Assembly (NCBI GenBank): GCA_963822945.1
Contig: CAWGJO010000033.1
Location: 42,344-106,343, forward strand
Length of the DNA stretch: 64,000 nucleotides
Source: an uncultured Gemmatimonadaceae bacterium
GTDB taxonomy: Bacteria; Gemmatimonadota; Gemmatimonadetes; Gemmatimonadales; Gemmatimonadaceae
Direction of reading: 5' to 3'
Made by a program: the position numbers and the translations under genes. Under the pieces are notes generated by a model. The model saw nothing but the letters and a program-made list of their open reading frames with translations, made no database searches and was not told the DNA's origin. Below are positions 10,908-21,585 of this stretch, piece after piece. The number at the start of each line of letters is the position of its first letter. Position 1 is the first letter of the stretch.

Positions 10908-11106
10908 CCGCGCCCCTGCTCCCGCGTGCGATCGGGCAATCGGGGGATCGGTCCTTTACAGGCCGCCGAAGGATCGCTTAACGTCAAAGGACTGGGCTTT
11001 CCGGCGCGCGAGCCGGGAGCTCGGAGCCGACGCTGACTCCGGCTCTTGCTGGCGTCCCGGGAGTGCCCTGCATCGGAAATCTCGATTCAACACACGGGAG
11101 GCAGGG

Positions 11107-11622
11107 ATGCGGCTCGATCAACACGGGTTCACTCGCGTTCGCCTGACGGGAGCGATCGCGGCGACGACGGCGATGCTGTTCGTGCTCGGCGCGTGCGGGG
11201 GCGGCGAGAAGAGCGCGGCCACCGACACCACCAGCGCCATGGCGGCGCCCACCGACACCACGGCGGCGGCCGGTCAGATGGCGGCGGCGCCTGCCATGGG
11301 CGCACCCCCGGCCGGCGCGACGGCGGCCATGGTGAGCCTGGGTGACAGCATCTTCCACGGCCAGGCGGCCGGCGGACTCTGCTTCACCTGCCACGGGGCG
11401 GATGCCAAGGGTGGACCGCTGGCGCCGAACCTCACCGATACCGCCTGGCTCACAGGTGACGGCAGCTATGCCTTCATTCAGAAGCGCGTGACCGAAGGCA
11501 TGCCCAAGCCCACCGCGCCCTATACGGCGCCGATGCTGCCCATGGGCGGCGCGACGCTGACGCCCGACCAGATCAAGGCCGTGGCTGCCTACGTGTACAC
11601 GCTCAGCCACCACGGAAGCTGA
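11107..11622 (+). CDS. Monoheme cytochrome c lipoprotein
   Basis: Lipobox LGAC, CFTCH heme motif, APNLTD, candidate Met ligand in PMLPMG. Confidence 0.9.
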   Translation: MRLDQHGFTRVRLTGAIAATTAMLFVLGACGGGEKSAATDTTSAMAAPTDTTAAAGQMAAAPAMGAPPAGATAAMVSLGDSIFHGQAAGGLCFTCHGADAKGGPLAPNLTDTAWLTGDGSYAFIQKRVTEGMPKPTAPYTAPMLPMGGATLTPDQIKAVAAYVYTLSHHGS

Positions 11623-11629
11623 ACGTCGC

Positions 11630-11659
11630 CGGGGACTCCCGGTTCGCCGGGAGTCCCCG
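11630..11659. terminator. Hairpin between convergent genes
   Basis: CGGGGACTCCC...GGGAGTCCCCG perfect stem. Confidence 0.6.
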
Positions 11660-11688
11660 CGCCGCGGGCGTTCGCCCGCGGCCGGCCG

Positions 11689-12751
11689 TCAGGCGGAGAG
11701 TTGGCCGCGAAGCTCGGCGCGCACGACGGGCAGAGACTCCGGGTGGCGCTCCTGCAGGTAGGCCACGAGCTGCTCGCGCACCAGGCAGCGCAGATCCCAC
11801 GCCTTCGACGAGTCGGAGGCGCTCATCAGCGCGCGGATCTCCACCGTCTGCTCCTTGGAGTCGGTCACCTGCACGTTCCACACCTTTCCGTCCCACAGGT
11901 CGGTGGTGCCGAGGATGCGGTGCACCTCCTGGCGTAGCTCCTCCACCGGCACGCGGTAGTCGGTGTACACGAACACGCTGCCGATGATGTCGGCGCTGGT
12001 GCGCGTCCAGTTCTGGAACGGGTGCTCGATGAAGTAGCTGAGCGGCACCACCAGCCGCCGGAGATCCCAGATCCGGACCACGACGTAGGTGGTGCGGATC
12101 TCCTCGATGCGCCCCCACTCGCCCTCGACGATCACGACGTCGTCGATCCGGATGGGCTCGGTGAGCACGAGCTGCACGCCGGCGATGAGATTGGCCAGGG
12201 TGGGGCGCGCCGCGAGGCCGACCACCAACCCCGCCAGCCCGGCCGACGCCAGAATGCTGTCGCCGATGTGCCGGATGGTGGGGAAGGTCATGAGGATGAT
12301 CGCCGTGGCGACGATCGTGACGATCACGATCGCGATGCGGCGCAGCACGCGGATCTGCGTGAGGACGCTCCGCGCGCGCAGGTTGTCGGCAACGTCCATC
12401 GGAAAGCGCTCGGCCACCAGATCGTCCACCACCGAGAACATCGCGATCAGCAGCCACGCGCCGGCGGCGATGAGCAGCACGCCCAGGGTGTGGCGGAGCG
12501 CCGCCTCCGTGTCGGCCGAAAGCTGCAGGCCGGGCAGTACGAACAGGATGGCCGCCAACGGAAAGAGCACGCGCGTGGGGCGTCGCGCGTGGTTCACGAC
12601 CGATTCGTCGAACTTGGTCGCGGTCATCCGCGTGAGCCGGAGCGCTACGCGGTTGAGCACGGCATGCGCGGCGAGCGCCAACAGCCGGAGCCGCAACGAC
12701 GACGACGAGCGACCAGACCCAGTGGTGGGATGGGTGAAGGAAATCGGCCAT
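11689..12751 (-). CDS. MscS family mechanosensitive channel (frameshift near 12690)
   Basis: SAGLAGLVVGLAARPTLANLIAG, PIRIDDVV..GEWGRIEEI, FQNWTR; ATG at 12751 with GGAGGT RBS lies in a different frame. Confidence 0.88.
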
Positions 12752-12902
12752 GGCACCTCCGGAAATCGAGACGGGAACTTGGAGCGACACCGTCGGAGTA
12801 ATGGGCCGTTGGCCCGGTGGATGCAACCGCCGGGGAAAAACGAACGCGGGCGGCGACTCACCGTGAGTCACCGCCCGCGCTCACCATCGGGTCAGCGTGG
12901 CG

Positions 12903-14990
12903 CTATCCGTGACACGCCGCGCCGCCGAAGCGGCCGCCGAATCCGCGGCCCGCGGGCTCGGCGGGCGCCGGTTGCCGCGGCCAGGTGTTGTCCTCCACGT
13001 CCTTGTCCGGGAACCGGCAGTGCGGGTCGAGCACGATGCGCTCGATGCGCCGCGGCCCGAAGTCGAACGTCGCCTTGAACGTCCGGCTGCCGCCGAACCA
13101 CACGTCCACCGGATAGGTGACCGTGGCCGTGGTGTCGTCCACGATCTTCGCGTTCGGCACTCGGCGCAGCGCCGGGCCGCCGGGCGCGAAGTGCACGTTG
13201 AGCACCACCGGCGACGGCATCTGTCCCGCCTGGTGCACGGTCACGGTCGTGCGGCCGCTCATCGCGCTCACGTTCTGGATGGATCCGTCCACCGCTTCGG
13301 TGGTGAACAGCCAGTAGTACCAGAACCAGCCGAGGTCGCGGTGCAGGGCGTTGTCCATGAAGAAGGCGTAGTCCCACGGCGAGGGGTGCTTGAACCGCCA
13401 GGCGTGCGCGTACTCGCTCATCGCGTGCCACACCGCGCTGTCGCCAACGATGCCGCCGAGCATCGAGAGCATCATCGGCGCCTTGCTGTACGCCTGGAAC
13501 GAATACATGGGGCCGCCGTAGTTGGCGTCCCACATCAACGTGCCCTCGCGCTCGTTGCCGCTCGTGCGGCCGTAGCTCTGGCCGGGCCCGTCCAGATCGG
13601 CCGGCCGTCGCTGCCGGTCGTCGCGCGACAGGATGTTCATGTACTGGTTGAATCCCTCGTCCATCCAACCGTACCAGGTCTCATTGGTGCCCAGCGTCAT
13701 CGGCCACCATTCGTGTCCGGTCTCGTGATCCGACGCGCCCGTGCTCGACATGATGAACATCGGGTACTCCATGCCGAGTTCCGGACCGTCCACCATGGTC
13801 ATGGTCGGGAACGCATACGGGAGCCAGAGTTTGGAGTAGAACTCCAGCGCGTGGGCCACCGTGGGCCCGGCGTCGGCGTACTGCGGCGTGTGGCCCGGCA
13901 GGTACATGATGTTGATGGGCACGTTCTTGCCCGAACCCGGAATCACGGCGTGGAAGCCGTCCCAGACGAACTGATCCGACGTGGCCCAGGCCACGTCGCC
14001 GGCCGTGTCGGCCACGAAGTGCCACACCAGCCGGTCGCCGGCGGCCGTCGCCTTGCCCGGCCCGAACTGGTCGGGACTCAGGATGCGCACCGTCGAGTCG
14101 GCGGTGAGCGCCCGCTGGAGGCCTGCCCGCTCGTCGGCAGTGTACACCTCGTCAGGATTCTGAAGGATGCCGGTGGCACCCACCAGCCAGCCTGCGGGCA
14201 CGTCGAGCTTCACATCGAAGTGGCCGAAGTTGTTGTAGAACTCGGATGGGCCGAGATACGGCTCGGTGTCCCAGCCACCCTGGCGCAGGTCGTCGAACAC
14301 CATGACCCGCGGGTACCACTGGCCCACCTGGTAGAGGGTGTCCCCCCAGGCTCCCATGCGGATGCCACGAGTGGGCGAAACGACCTTGGGCACGGTGAAG
14401 TGCCAGTCGGCGTCGAGGGTGAAGCTCCCGTGGGCCGGCACCGGCTCCGGCAGGGTGATCCCGGCCACCGTCTGCGACATGTCGTAGGCGGCCAGTTCAA
14501 CCGGGGGCGGAGCCGCGCCGCGTCCGCCGCGCCCGAACCGCCGCGGCGGGCCTCCCTGGTTGAGCGCCACCGGCTTTCCGTCCACGCTGAGCGCCGTCAC
14601 CTGCATGCCGTCGGTGATGTCCGTGACCACCTCGGCCTTCGGCACGTTGGCGGCGAACAGATTCTGATCGAGACGCAGCATGATGGTGCGCATCTCGTCG
14701 GGCCCGTTGTTGTGCACCACCACGTGCTCGTGTCCGGTCACCAGCCCCGTGGCCGGATCGAAGCGGGCGTTGATCGTGTAGTCGGTCCAGAGCTGCCAGT
14801 AGTTGGGGCCCGGACGCCCGGTGCTGTCGCGGGTGCCGGCGGCAAAGGCCCGCTGGATCATGTCGGTCATCGGGATGTCGTGCCGGATGGCACGCTCCGG
14901 ATACTTCGGAGTCGCCTGAGCGAGGCTGGCAGCGGGGAGCGCCGCCAGCGCGCCCAGCGCGGCCAGGGCGGCGAAGGTTCGTGAGCGCAT
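12903..14990 (-). CDS. Secreted M1 family metalloaminopeptidase
   Basis: Signal peptide, GMEYP, HETGH followed by WMDEG; AGGAG RBS. Confidence 0.88.
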   Translation of the reverse strand: MRSRTFAALAALGALAALPAASLAQATPKYPERAIRHDIPMTDMIQRAFAAGTRDSTGRPGPNYWQLWTDYTINARFDPATGLVTGHEHVVVHNNGPDEMRTIMLRLDQNLFAANVPKAEVVTDITDGMQVTALSVDGKPVALNQGGPPRRFGRGGRGAAPPPVELAAYDMSQTVAGITLPEPVPAHGSFTLDADWHFTVPKVVSPTRGIRMGAWGDTLYQVGQWYPRVMVFDDLRQGGWDTEPYLGPSEFYNNFGHFDVKLDVPAGWLVGATGILQNPDEVYTADERAGLQRALTADSTVRILSPDQFGPGKATAAGDRLVWHFVADTAGDVAWATSDQFVWDGFHAVIPGSGKNVPINIMYLPGHTPQYADAGPTVAHALEFYSKLWLPYAFPTMTMVDGPELGMEYPMFIMSSTGASDHETGHEWWPMTLGTNETWYGWMDEGFNQYMNILSRDDRQRRPADLDGPGQSYGRTSGNEREGTLMWDANYGGPMYSFQAYSKAPMMLSMLGGIVGDSAVWHAMSEYAHAWRFKHPSPWDYAFFMDNALHRDLGWFWYYWLFTTEAVDGSIQNVSAMSGRTTVTVHQAGQMPSPVVLNVHFAPGGPALRRVPNAKIVDDTTATVTYPVDVWFGGSRTFKATFDFGPRRIERIVLDPHCRFPDKDVEDNTWPRQPAPAEPAGRGFGGRFGGAACHG

Positions 14991-15100
14991 CGAAACTCCT
15001 GATCGGGGGTCCATCACGAGCCCGGCCGGAACGCCGGGTTCACCAGAAATACCATGCGGTACTACATATTGAAAGGGACGCCAACCCCGAGGCCGAATTC

Positions 15101-15802
15101 ATGGAGCCCCCCGCCCGACACCGCGAAACGCATCGCACCGACCGCATCGGCTGGCTGCGCGCCGCCGTGCTCGGCGCCAACGACGGCATCGTCTCCACGG
15201 CGAGCCTCGTGGTGGGCGTGGCGGCCGCCAGTGCCGCGCATGCCGATATTCTCCTGGCGGGCATTGCCGGGCTCGTGGCCGGGGCCATGTCGATGGCCGC
15301 CGGCGAGTACGTGTCGGTGAAGTCGCAGGCCGAGACCGAGCAGGCCGACCTGGCGCGCGAGCGGTCCGAGTTGAAGGGCGACCCGGAAGTGGAGCATGTC
15401 GAGCTGGCCGGGATCTACGTGAAGCGGGGGCTCGAGCCGGCGCTGGCGCGCCAGGTAGCCGACCAACTCATGGCGCACGATGCGCTCGGCGCGCACGCGC
15501 GCGACGAACTCGGCATCTCGGAGGTCGTCACGGCCAAGCCCATCCAGGCGGCGCTGGCGTCGGCGGGCAGCTTCGCGGTGGGCGCGGCGATGCCGCTGCT
15601 CACCACCTGGCTCGCGCCGGTAACGCGCGTGATCCCACTCGTGATCGCGGGCTCGCTGGTATTTCTGGCTCTGCTGGGGGCGGTTGCGGCGCGCACGGGA
15701 GGGGCGCCGGTGGTGCGAGGCGCCATCCGGGTGACCTTCTGGGGCGCGCTCGCCATGGCGATCACCGCGGGCGTGGGGCACTTGTTCGGGACCGTCGTCT
15801 AG
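15101..15802 (+). CDS. VIT1/CCC1 family Fe/Mn transporter
   Basis: WLRAAVLGANDGIVS, AGAMSMAAGEYVSV, HARDELG. Confidence 0.92.
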   Translation: MEPPARHRETHRTDRIGWLRAAVLGANDGIVSTASLVVGVAAASAAHADILLAGIAGLVAGAMSMAAGEYVSVKSQAETEQADLARERSELKGDPEVEHVELAGIYVKRGLEPALARQVADQLMAHDALGAHARDELGISEVVTAKPIQAALASAGSFAVGAAMPLLTTWLAPVTRVIPLVIAGSLVFLALLGAVAARTGGAPVVRGAIRVTFWGALAMAITAGVGHLFGTVV

Positions 15803-15835
15803 CGCGGTTCCCCAACCGCGGGCACCGCCCCGGGG

Positions 15836-16204
15836 TCAGGTCTCGCCGGCGAGCGCCTCGAGCGTCGACTTCAGTTGCTGCGTCGTGGTCGGCTTGCCGA
15901 GGAACTCGGCGGCGCCCGCGTCGAACGCGGCCTGCCGGGCTGTGGGGTCGGTGGTGCCGCTCAGCACGATCACCGGGATGTGGGCGGTCTTGCTCGAGGC
16001 CCGCAGCTTCTCGAGCGCGCCCATCCCCGTGCCCCCCGGCATGTTGAGGTCGAGGAGGATCGCGTCGGGATGCGGCGAGCGCATGGCGAGCATCAGCGTC
16101 TGCATGGCATCGAACGCCGGCATCGGCCGGTGGCCGAGTCCGCGCACCATGGCGCAGATGGTCTGCGACGTTACCTGGTCGTCTTCGGCTACGAGTATTC
16201 GCAC
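15836..16204 (-). CDS. Stand-alone response regulator receiver
   Basis: ILVAEDD, LLDLNMPG, IVLSG, FLGKP. Confidence 0.88.
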   Translation of the reverse strand: MRILVAEDDQVTSQTICAMVRGLGHRPMPAFDAMQTLMLAMRSPHPDAILLDLNMPGGTGMGALEKLRASSKTAHIPVIVLSGTTDPTARQAAFDAGAAEFLGKPTTTQQLKSTLEALAGET

Positions 16205-16255
16205 CGGCCGCACTCCGGTCGAGAGCCAAACCACGGCCATCGCCGGCCGCACCAT

Positions 16256-17317
16256 TCAAAACTGGCGGGTGGACGCTCCCCGCGCCAGCGCGGCCCAGAG
16301 TGTCGGATCTTCCGTGCCGAGCACCCAGACCGAGTAGCCGCGCAGATGGTACTGCGAGACGAGCGCCAGCTTGTCCATGAAAGCGCGGGTATTCTCGATC
16401 CACAGGTAGCGGAACACCCCGTTCTCGCTCCACACGGCGTAGGGTGATTTCTGGACACTGTCCCACACGGCGTGCACGCGGTTGGCGGTGAGCAGACTCT
16501 CGGCGCGCACGTACGGGACGTCGCGCCCGCGCATGCGGGAGCCCTCCTTCTCGGTGTACGACGGGAACCACCAGTCCGAATACGACGGAATGCCGAGCGA
16601 TATCTTGGACGGCGGCACGCCGAGGGCGAGCAGGTGCCGCAGGCACGCCTCCATCCACGGATAGCCGGCCACCGGGCCGGCCGGCGATCCGCCCGTGTGT
16701 TCGGCGTACGTCATGTACGAGATGAAGTCGAGCGTGTCGGCCAGCGCCTTGTAGTCGTAGACGCCGCGCCAGTTAGCGAAGATCCACCGGTCGTAGCTGT
16801 TGGTGCCGGGATCGTCGCTCGCCCGGGGCACCACGGCGGCGGAGAGCGTGCACCCGGCGTGGTGCACCGAGTCCACCGCTTCGCGGACGAAGGCGGTGAA
16901 CCGGTGCTTGTCGAACACGTTCACGTTCTCAAGGTCGAACTGGATTCCGTCCAGGTGCTGCGTGCGGCAGAGCGCGGCGAGACTGCGCATCGCGCGGCGC
17001 CACGCGGTCCGATTGGTGAGCACGTGATGAATGGCGGGCTGGCTGAACCCGGGGTTCATCACGAGCGGCACGAGCTTCACGTGGTGTTCGTGGGCGGCGG
17101 CGACGACGCGCGGGTCGATGCGGCCGGTGATGCGCCCGTTGGACTGGAGCGCGAACACCTGCGGGGCGACGACGTCGATCTGACTGGCGTGCTCGACGAA
17201 GTGCACCGTGCTGGAGTCGGCGCCGGTGGAGTACCAGAGGGCTTCGGGGTGCTGCGCTTGGGCCCCGGTGGAGATCAGGGCGAGGGCGAGGAGGGGGGCG
17301 CCGAGGGAGGGACGCAT
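16256..17317 (-). CDS. Secreted GH18 family glycoside hydrolase
   Basis: Signal peptide; LDGIQFDLE catalytic motif; YMTY, LGIPSY, SVWVLG. Confidence 0.85.
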   Translation of the reverse strand: MRPSLGAPLLALALISTGAQAQHPEALWYSTGADSSTVHFVEHASQIDVVAPQVFALQSNGRITGRIDPRVVAAAHEHHVKLVPLVMNPGFSQPAIHHVLTNRTAWRRAMRSLAALCRTQHLDGIQFDLENVNVFDKHRFTAFVREAVDSVHHAGCTLSAAVVPRASDDPGTNSYDRWIFANWRGVYDYKALADTLDFISYMTYAEHTGGSPAGPVAGYPWMEACLRHLLALGVPPSKISLGIPSYSDWWFPSYTEKEGSRMRGRDVPYVRAESLLTANRVHAVWDSVQKSPYAVWSENGVFRYLWIENTRAFMDKLALVSQYHLRGYSVWVLGTEDPTLWAALARGASTRQF

Positions 17318-17319
17318 TG

Positions 17320-17517
17320 GACGGGCGGTGGGTCGGTGGGTCGGTGGGTCGGACGTCGGACAGTCGGACAGTCGGACAGTCGGACAGTCAAACGGCGGAA
17401 CGGAGAAACCGCGGAACCACGAAACGGCGCAAGGGCGAAAGGGCGCAAGGGCGAAACGGCGAAACGGCGAAAGGGCGAAACGGCGCAACGGCGCAACCGC
17501 GAAAGGGCGGGCTGTCG
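17320..17517. repeat. Compound 8-bp-period array, ~25 units
   Basis: (GTGGGTCG)x3, (GACAGTCR)x4, then ~14 units mostly of the form MAASSGCG. Confidence 0.9.
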
Positions 17518-17563
17518 GAGCGTAGATGAGGCGCACATAATAGAGCGCCCAATCAGAACCGCA

Positions 17564-18028
17564 ATGACTTCCGAGCCCAACTCCCCCGGTCCCGACCAAG
17601 TGTTCCGCTCCAGGGTCGATCTCTGGCTCGTGCTGGTGGCGCTGGTGGCATCCGTCGGCGGACTTGCGGTCGCCATGGCGAGCCCGTCCACCAACGCCGG
17701 GCTCGGCAGGGGGGTCGGGATCGGGATCACGGGCGGTACGGGCCTGTTGGTCGTCCTGCTGTTCTGGTGGACCTACCGGTCCACCGCCTACACGCTCGAC
17801 GACGACACGCTCGACGTGCGGTGCGGAGGCCTGCACTGGCACGTTGCCTGCCGCGACATCACGCGCGTGGAATATTCAGGAAACGTACTTTCTGCGCCCG
17901 CGCTCTCGTTGCGCCGGTTGAAGGTGTGCTACGGGAAATCCGGGTGGCTGTTGATCTCGCCGCAGGACCGCGAGGCGTTCATCGCGGCCCTGCAGCGGCG
18001 GGTGCCGGGCCTGGTGGTCAAGCGGTAG
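17564..18028 (+). CDS. Two-TM bacterial PH-domain protein
   Basis: FRSRVDLWL, two TM helices, YTLDDDTL, SAPALSLRRL, LISPQDREAFI. Confidence 0.8.
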   Translation: MTSEPNSPGPDQVFRSRVDLWLVLVALVASVGGLAVAMASPSTNAGLGRGVGIGITGGTGLLVVLLFWWTYRSTAYTLDDDTLDVRCGGLHWHVACRDITRVEYSGNVLSAPALSLRRLKVCYGKSGWLLISPQDREAFIAALQRRVPGLVVKR

Positions 18029-18085
18029 GCGGTGCCGATCCCGGTTTGAGACCGGCAGCACCGCGCTCCCCGCGGGCCCCCGCGC

Positions 18086-19949
18086 TCAGTGCGAACGATC
18101 GTTGGGACGCAGGTCGTCGAGGATCGGGTGGTCGAGTCCCTGGAGCGTGGAATGTTCCGGCGCGAGCAGGTCGAACACCACGACGTCGTTGCGACCCGCA
18201 CGCAGCCACGGTCCCGGCACGTAGAGCGTCTGCTCCGGACCGATGCCCCAGAAGCGCCCGAGCTGGTGGCCGTTCACCCAGACGGTGCCCTTGCCCCAGT
18301 CGCGCATGTCGAGAAAGGTGTCGCCGGTGCGGGTGAGATCGAACGCTCCGACGTAGAACCCCGCCGTCTGCATCGGCTCGAACGACATCATCCGGATCGA
18401 CCGCTGGCACTCGACGGCACCCGTCACCTGGCAGTCGAGCTCCGAGAGATCGCGCATGGGGAATGTGTACACGTTCCAGCCGGTGAGCTCGCGCCCCGCC
18501 AGCGTCACGCGGTGCGTGATGCCCTTCTCCTCGTAGCGCAGCGGCCTGGCGAAGTTCACGCGCCCGCTGTTCTCGACCAGAATCGAGAGACGGGCGTGCG
18601 CCGGCACGACGATCGGCATGCTGTCCTCGCCCAACCGGCGGTCGAGCGTGCCTTTCAGCACGTCGTCCACGTAGACCTGCGCATAGTCGCGCACGTCGCG
18701 GATGACGAGCTCGCCACTCGCCGAATCTCCCACTGTCGTGCGGTACAGGATGTAGCCATACGACTGGCCGAAGCTCTCCATGTTGCGCGGGTGCTGCGAC
18801 GCGCACCGGCTTCGGAAGGTGGTCGAAGATCGACGCGATCGGCACGAGGTCGAACGCCGGCACCGCTATCGGCGCCGGCGTCTCCGGCACCGGCGGCGGG
18901 GTCACACCCGTGGCCTTGGCGATCGCGTCGCGGAACATGAAGTACTTGGGCGTCGGCCGGCCCGGACTCGTCGAGCGCCGCGTCGTAGTCGTAGCTCGAC
19001 GTCTGCGGGTGGTAGTGCCCGCCGTCGATGTTGGCGCCGTTCATGAACCCCGGCGTCGTGCCGCCGTGGAACATGTAGATGCTCACCGAATAGCCGCGGT
19101 CGAGCATCCAGCTCAGTTCCTTCGTCTGCCGCGCCGCGTTGGTGGTGTGGTGCGGCTGCCCCCACTGATCGAACCAGCCGGCCCAGTATTCGCCGCTCAT
19201 CAACGGCTCGCCGGGTTTGAAGCGCGCGAGCCGCGCGAACGCGCTGTCCGCCTCGCCGGGGCCGAAGTTCACCACCGCCGGCAACTCGGGGAGGGTGCCG
19301 TTGGGCAACTGCACGTCGCCGTCGGCAGTGAACAGGTACACGTCGTTGAACCCGGCGTGCCGCAGCGCGCCGAGCTGCCAGCGCAGGTAGTCCTTGTCCT
19401 TGCCGAACGAGCCGTACTCGTTCTCCACCTGCACGGCGATGATCGGACCGCCGCGGCTGGCCAGGAAGGGCGTCACCACCTTGCCGAGCGTGTCGAGCCA
19501 CGCCTCGGCGGGCTTGGTGAACTTCGGATCGGTGCTGCGCAGCACGATGCTCGTGTCGGCGAACAGCCATCCCGGGTATCCGCCCAGCTCCCACTCCGCG
19601 CACACGTACGGTCCCGGGCGCAGGATCACGTGCAGCCCCACCTGTTGCGCCGTCCGCAGATACTCGGCGATGTCGCGCTGACCCGAGAAGTCGAAATGGC
19701 CCGGCGTCGGCTCGTGGAAGTTCCAGAACACGTACGTCGTGATGGTGTTGAGGCCCATCGCCTTGGCCTTCTCCATCCGGTCGCGCCAGTACTCGCGCGG
19801 CACGCGCGCGTAGTGCATGGAACCGGAGATGATCTGGAAGGGTTTACCGTTCAGAACGAAGTGGCCGGAGTCGGCGGTCAACGGCCCGGTCTGTGCACGG
19901 GCCGTGGTGCCGAGGGCGATCAGGCAGAGCAGAGCAGGAGTCGGCGCAT
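18086..19949 (-). CDS. Secreted GH35 beta-galactosidase (frameshifts near 19930, 18960, 18810)
   Basis: SGSMHYARVP, LRPGPYVCAEW, QVENEYG, EYWAGWFD, YMFHGGT, SYDYDA, WGKG..NG..LGRFW. Confidence 0.92.
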
Positions 19950-20034
19950 GGGCAGAAGATACCTCACGGCGCTCCGCCCGTCAGCACGCCGCCACGGCGG
20001 TGAGAAACCACCGCGGCAGAGTCCGCCAGCACGT

Positions 20035-20186
20035 GCTCCGTTCAGTTCCGTTGTCCTCCGTTCGGTCCGTATCCGATTCGTAGAATGCCGAACGGCAGGG
20101 TTGCCGGTGGCGTCCGTGGGGCTCAACGGGGCAGGCGCCCACGAGTTTGGATACGGACTGTACGGACCGGAACGGACCGGAACTGA
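20035..20186. repeat. Imperfect inverted doublet of 9-10-bp TCCGT/ACGGA units
   Basis: Left arm ..TCAGTTCCGTTGTCCTCCGTTCGGTCCGTATCC; right arm GGATACGGACTGTACGGACCGGAACGGACCGGAACTGA; ~75-bp spacer. Confidence 0.75.
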
Positions 20187-20277
20187 GAAGGCAGATGTGG
20201 CCTCACGCTCTGGTCGCGTCACCCGGGAAGCGGTACTATCTGGTATCTCCTATCTGCTCACCGCCCACCGAGTCGTC

Positions 20278-21577
20278 ATGCGCCGATACGGACCTCTGAT
20301 CTGCACCGTCGCCCTCGCGTTCGTCCCGCTTTCACTGAGAGCCCAGCAGCTCTCGGCGAGCGAGCAAGCCATGGTGCGCGCCGTGGACGCGCACAACGCC
20401 GAGGCGCTGGCGCTGCTCCAACGCATCGTCGACATCAACAGCGGCACGATGAACTTCGCCGGCGTTCGCCAGGTGGCGGACGTACTGCGTCCCGAGTTCG
20501 ATGCCCTCGGGTTCACGACGCGCTGGGTGGACGGTGCCTCGTTCGACCGTGCGGGACACCTGGTGGCCGAACATCCGGGGCCCGGGCCCAAGCTGCTTCT
20601 CATCGGCCACATGGACACGGTGTTCCCGGTGACGAGCACGTTTCAGCGCTGGACGCAGATCGACGACTCCACGGCCACCGGCCCGGGGATCATCGACATG
20701 AAGGGCGGCGACGTGATCATCCTCTATGCGCTGCGTGCGCTGAAGGACGCGGGCGCAGCTGGAGCGGATGAACGTGACCGTGGTGTTCGACGGCGACGAG
20801 GAGAATGCGGGCGCCCCGCTGTCGGCGGCGCGCCGGGCGCTCATCGACGCGGCAAAGGGGGCGAAGGCGGCCATCGGATTCGAGGACGGCGCGGCCGATC
20901 CGGCGACCGCCGTGATCTCCCGCCGCGGGGCGGGCAGCTGGACGCTCACCACCACCGGCAACGCCGGCCACTCGTCCCAGATCTTCCGGAGCGACATCGG
21001 CGCCGGTGCGGTGTTCGAGGCGTCACGCATTCTGAACGCCTTCTACACGCAGCTCCGGGGCGAGCGCTACCTGACCTTCAACCCCGGGCTGGCGCTCGGC
21101 GGCACAACGGTGGCGCTCGACAGCAACGCGGCCGCCGGCCGGGCGGCCGGCGAGCACAACGTGGTGGCCGAGCACATGGTGGTGAGCGGCGACATCCGGA
21201 CGCTGTCGCCGGCGCAACTCGCCGCCACGAAGCAGACCATGCGGGACATCGTGTCGCACCATCTGCCGCAGACCAACGCCACCATCGCGTTCGACGACGG
21301 GTATCCGCCGATGGCGCCCACCGACGGCAACCGCCGGCTGCTGGCGCTGTACGACCAGGCCAGCCGGGACCTCGGGTTCGGCGGCGTGGCGGCGGTGGAT
21401 CCCTCACGCGCCGGCGCCGCCGACGTGGCGTTCGTGGCCGATCAGGTGCCGATGGTCATCGACGGCATCGGCCTGTCGGGACACGACGACCACAGCGAGA
21501 AGGAGACCGCGTATCTCAATTGGCTGCCGCGGCTGACCAAGCGTGCCGCGGTTCTGTTGCACCGACTTTCACAGTGA
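20278..21577 (+). CDS. Secreted M20 family metallohydrolase, carboxypeptidase G2-like (frameshift near 20757)
   Basis: Signal peptide, IGHMDTVF, GPGIIDMKGG, GDEE, FE, HSEKE. Confidence 0.88.
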
Positions 21578-21585
21578 GCCACGCC

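Noticed and set aside
10908..11106. Possible riboswitch or ncRNA upstream of the cytochrome c gene
   Set aside because: GC-rich hairpins are present but I recognise no family consensus
17320..17517. CRISPR or guide-RNA array interpretation of the periodic repeats (also 36805, 20035)
   Set aside because: Units are 8-10 bp and contiguous with no unique spacers; no cas-like gene in the window
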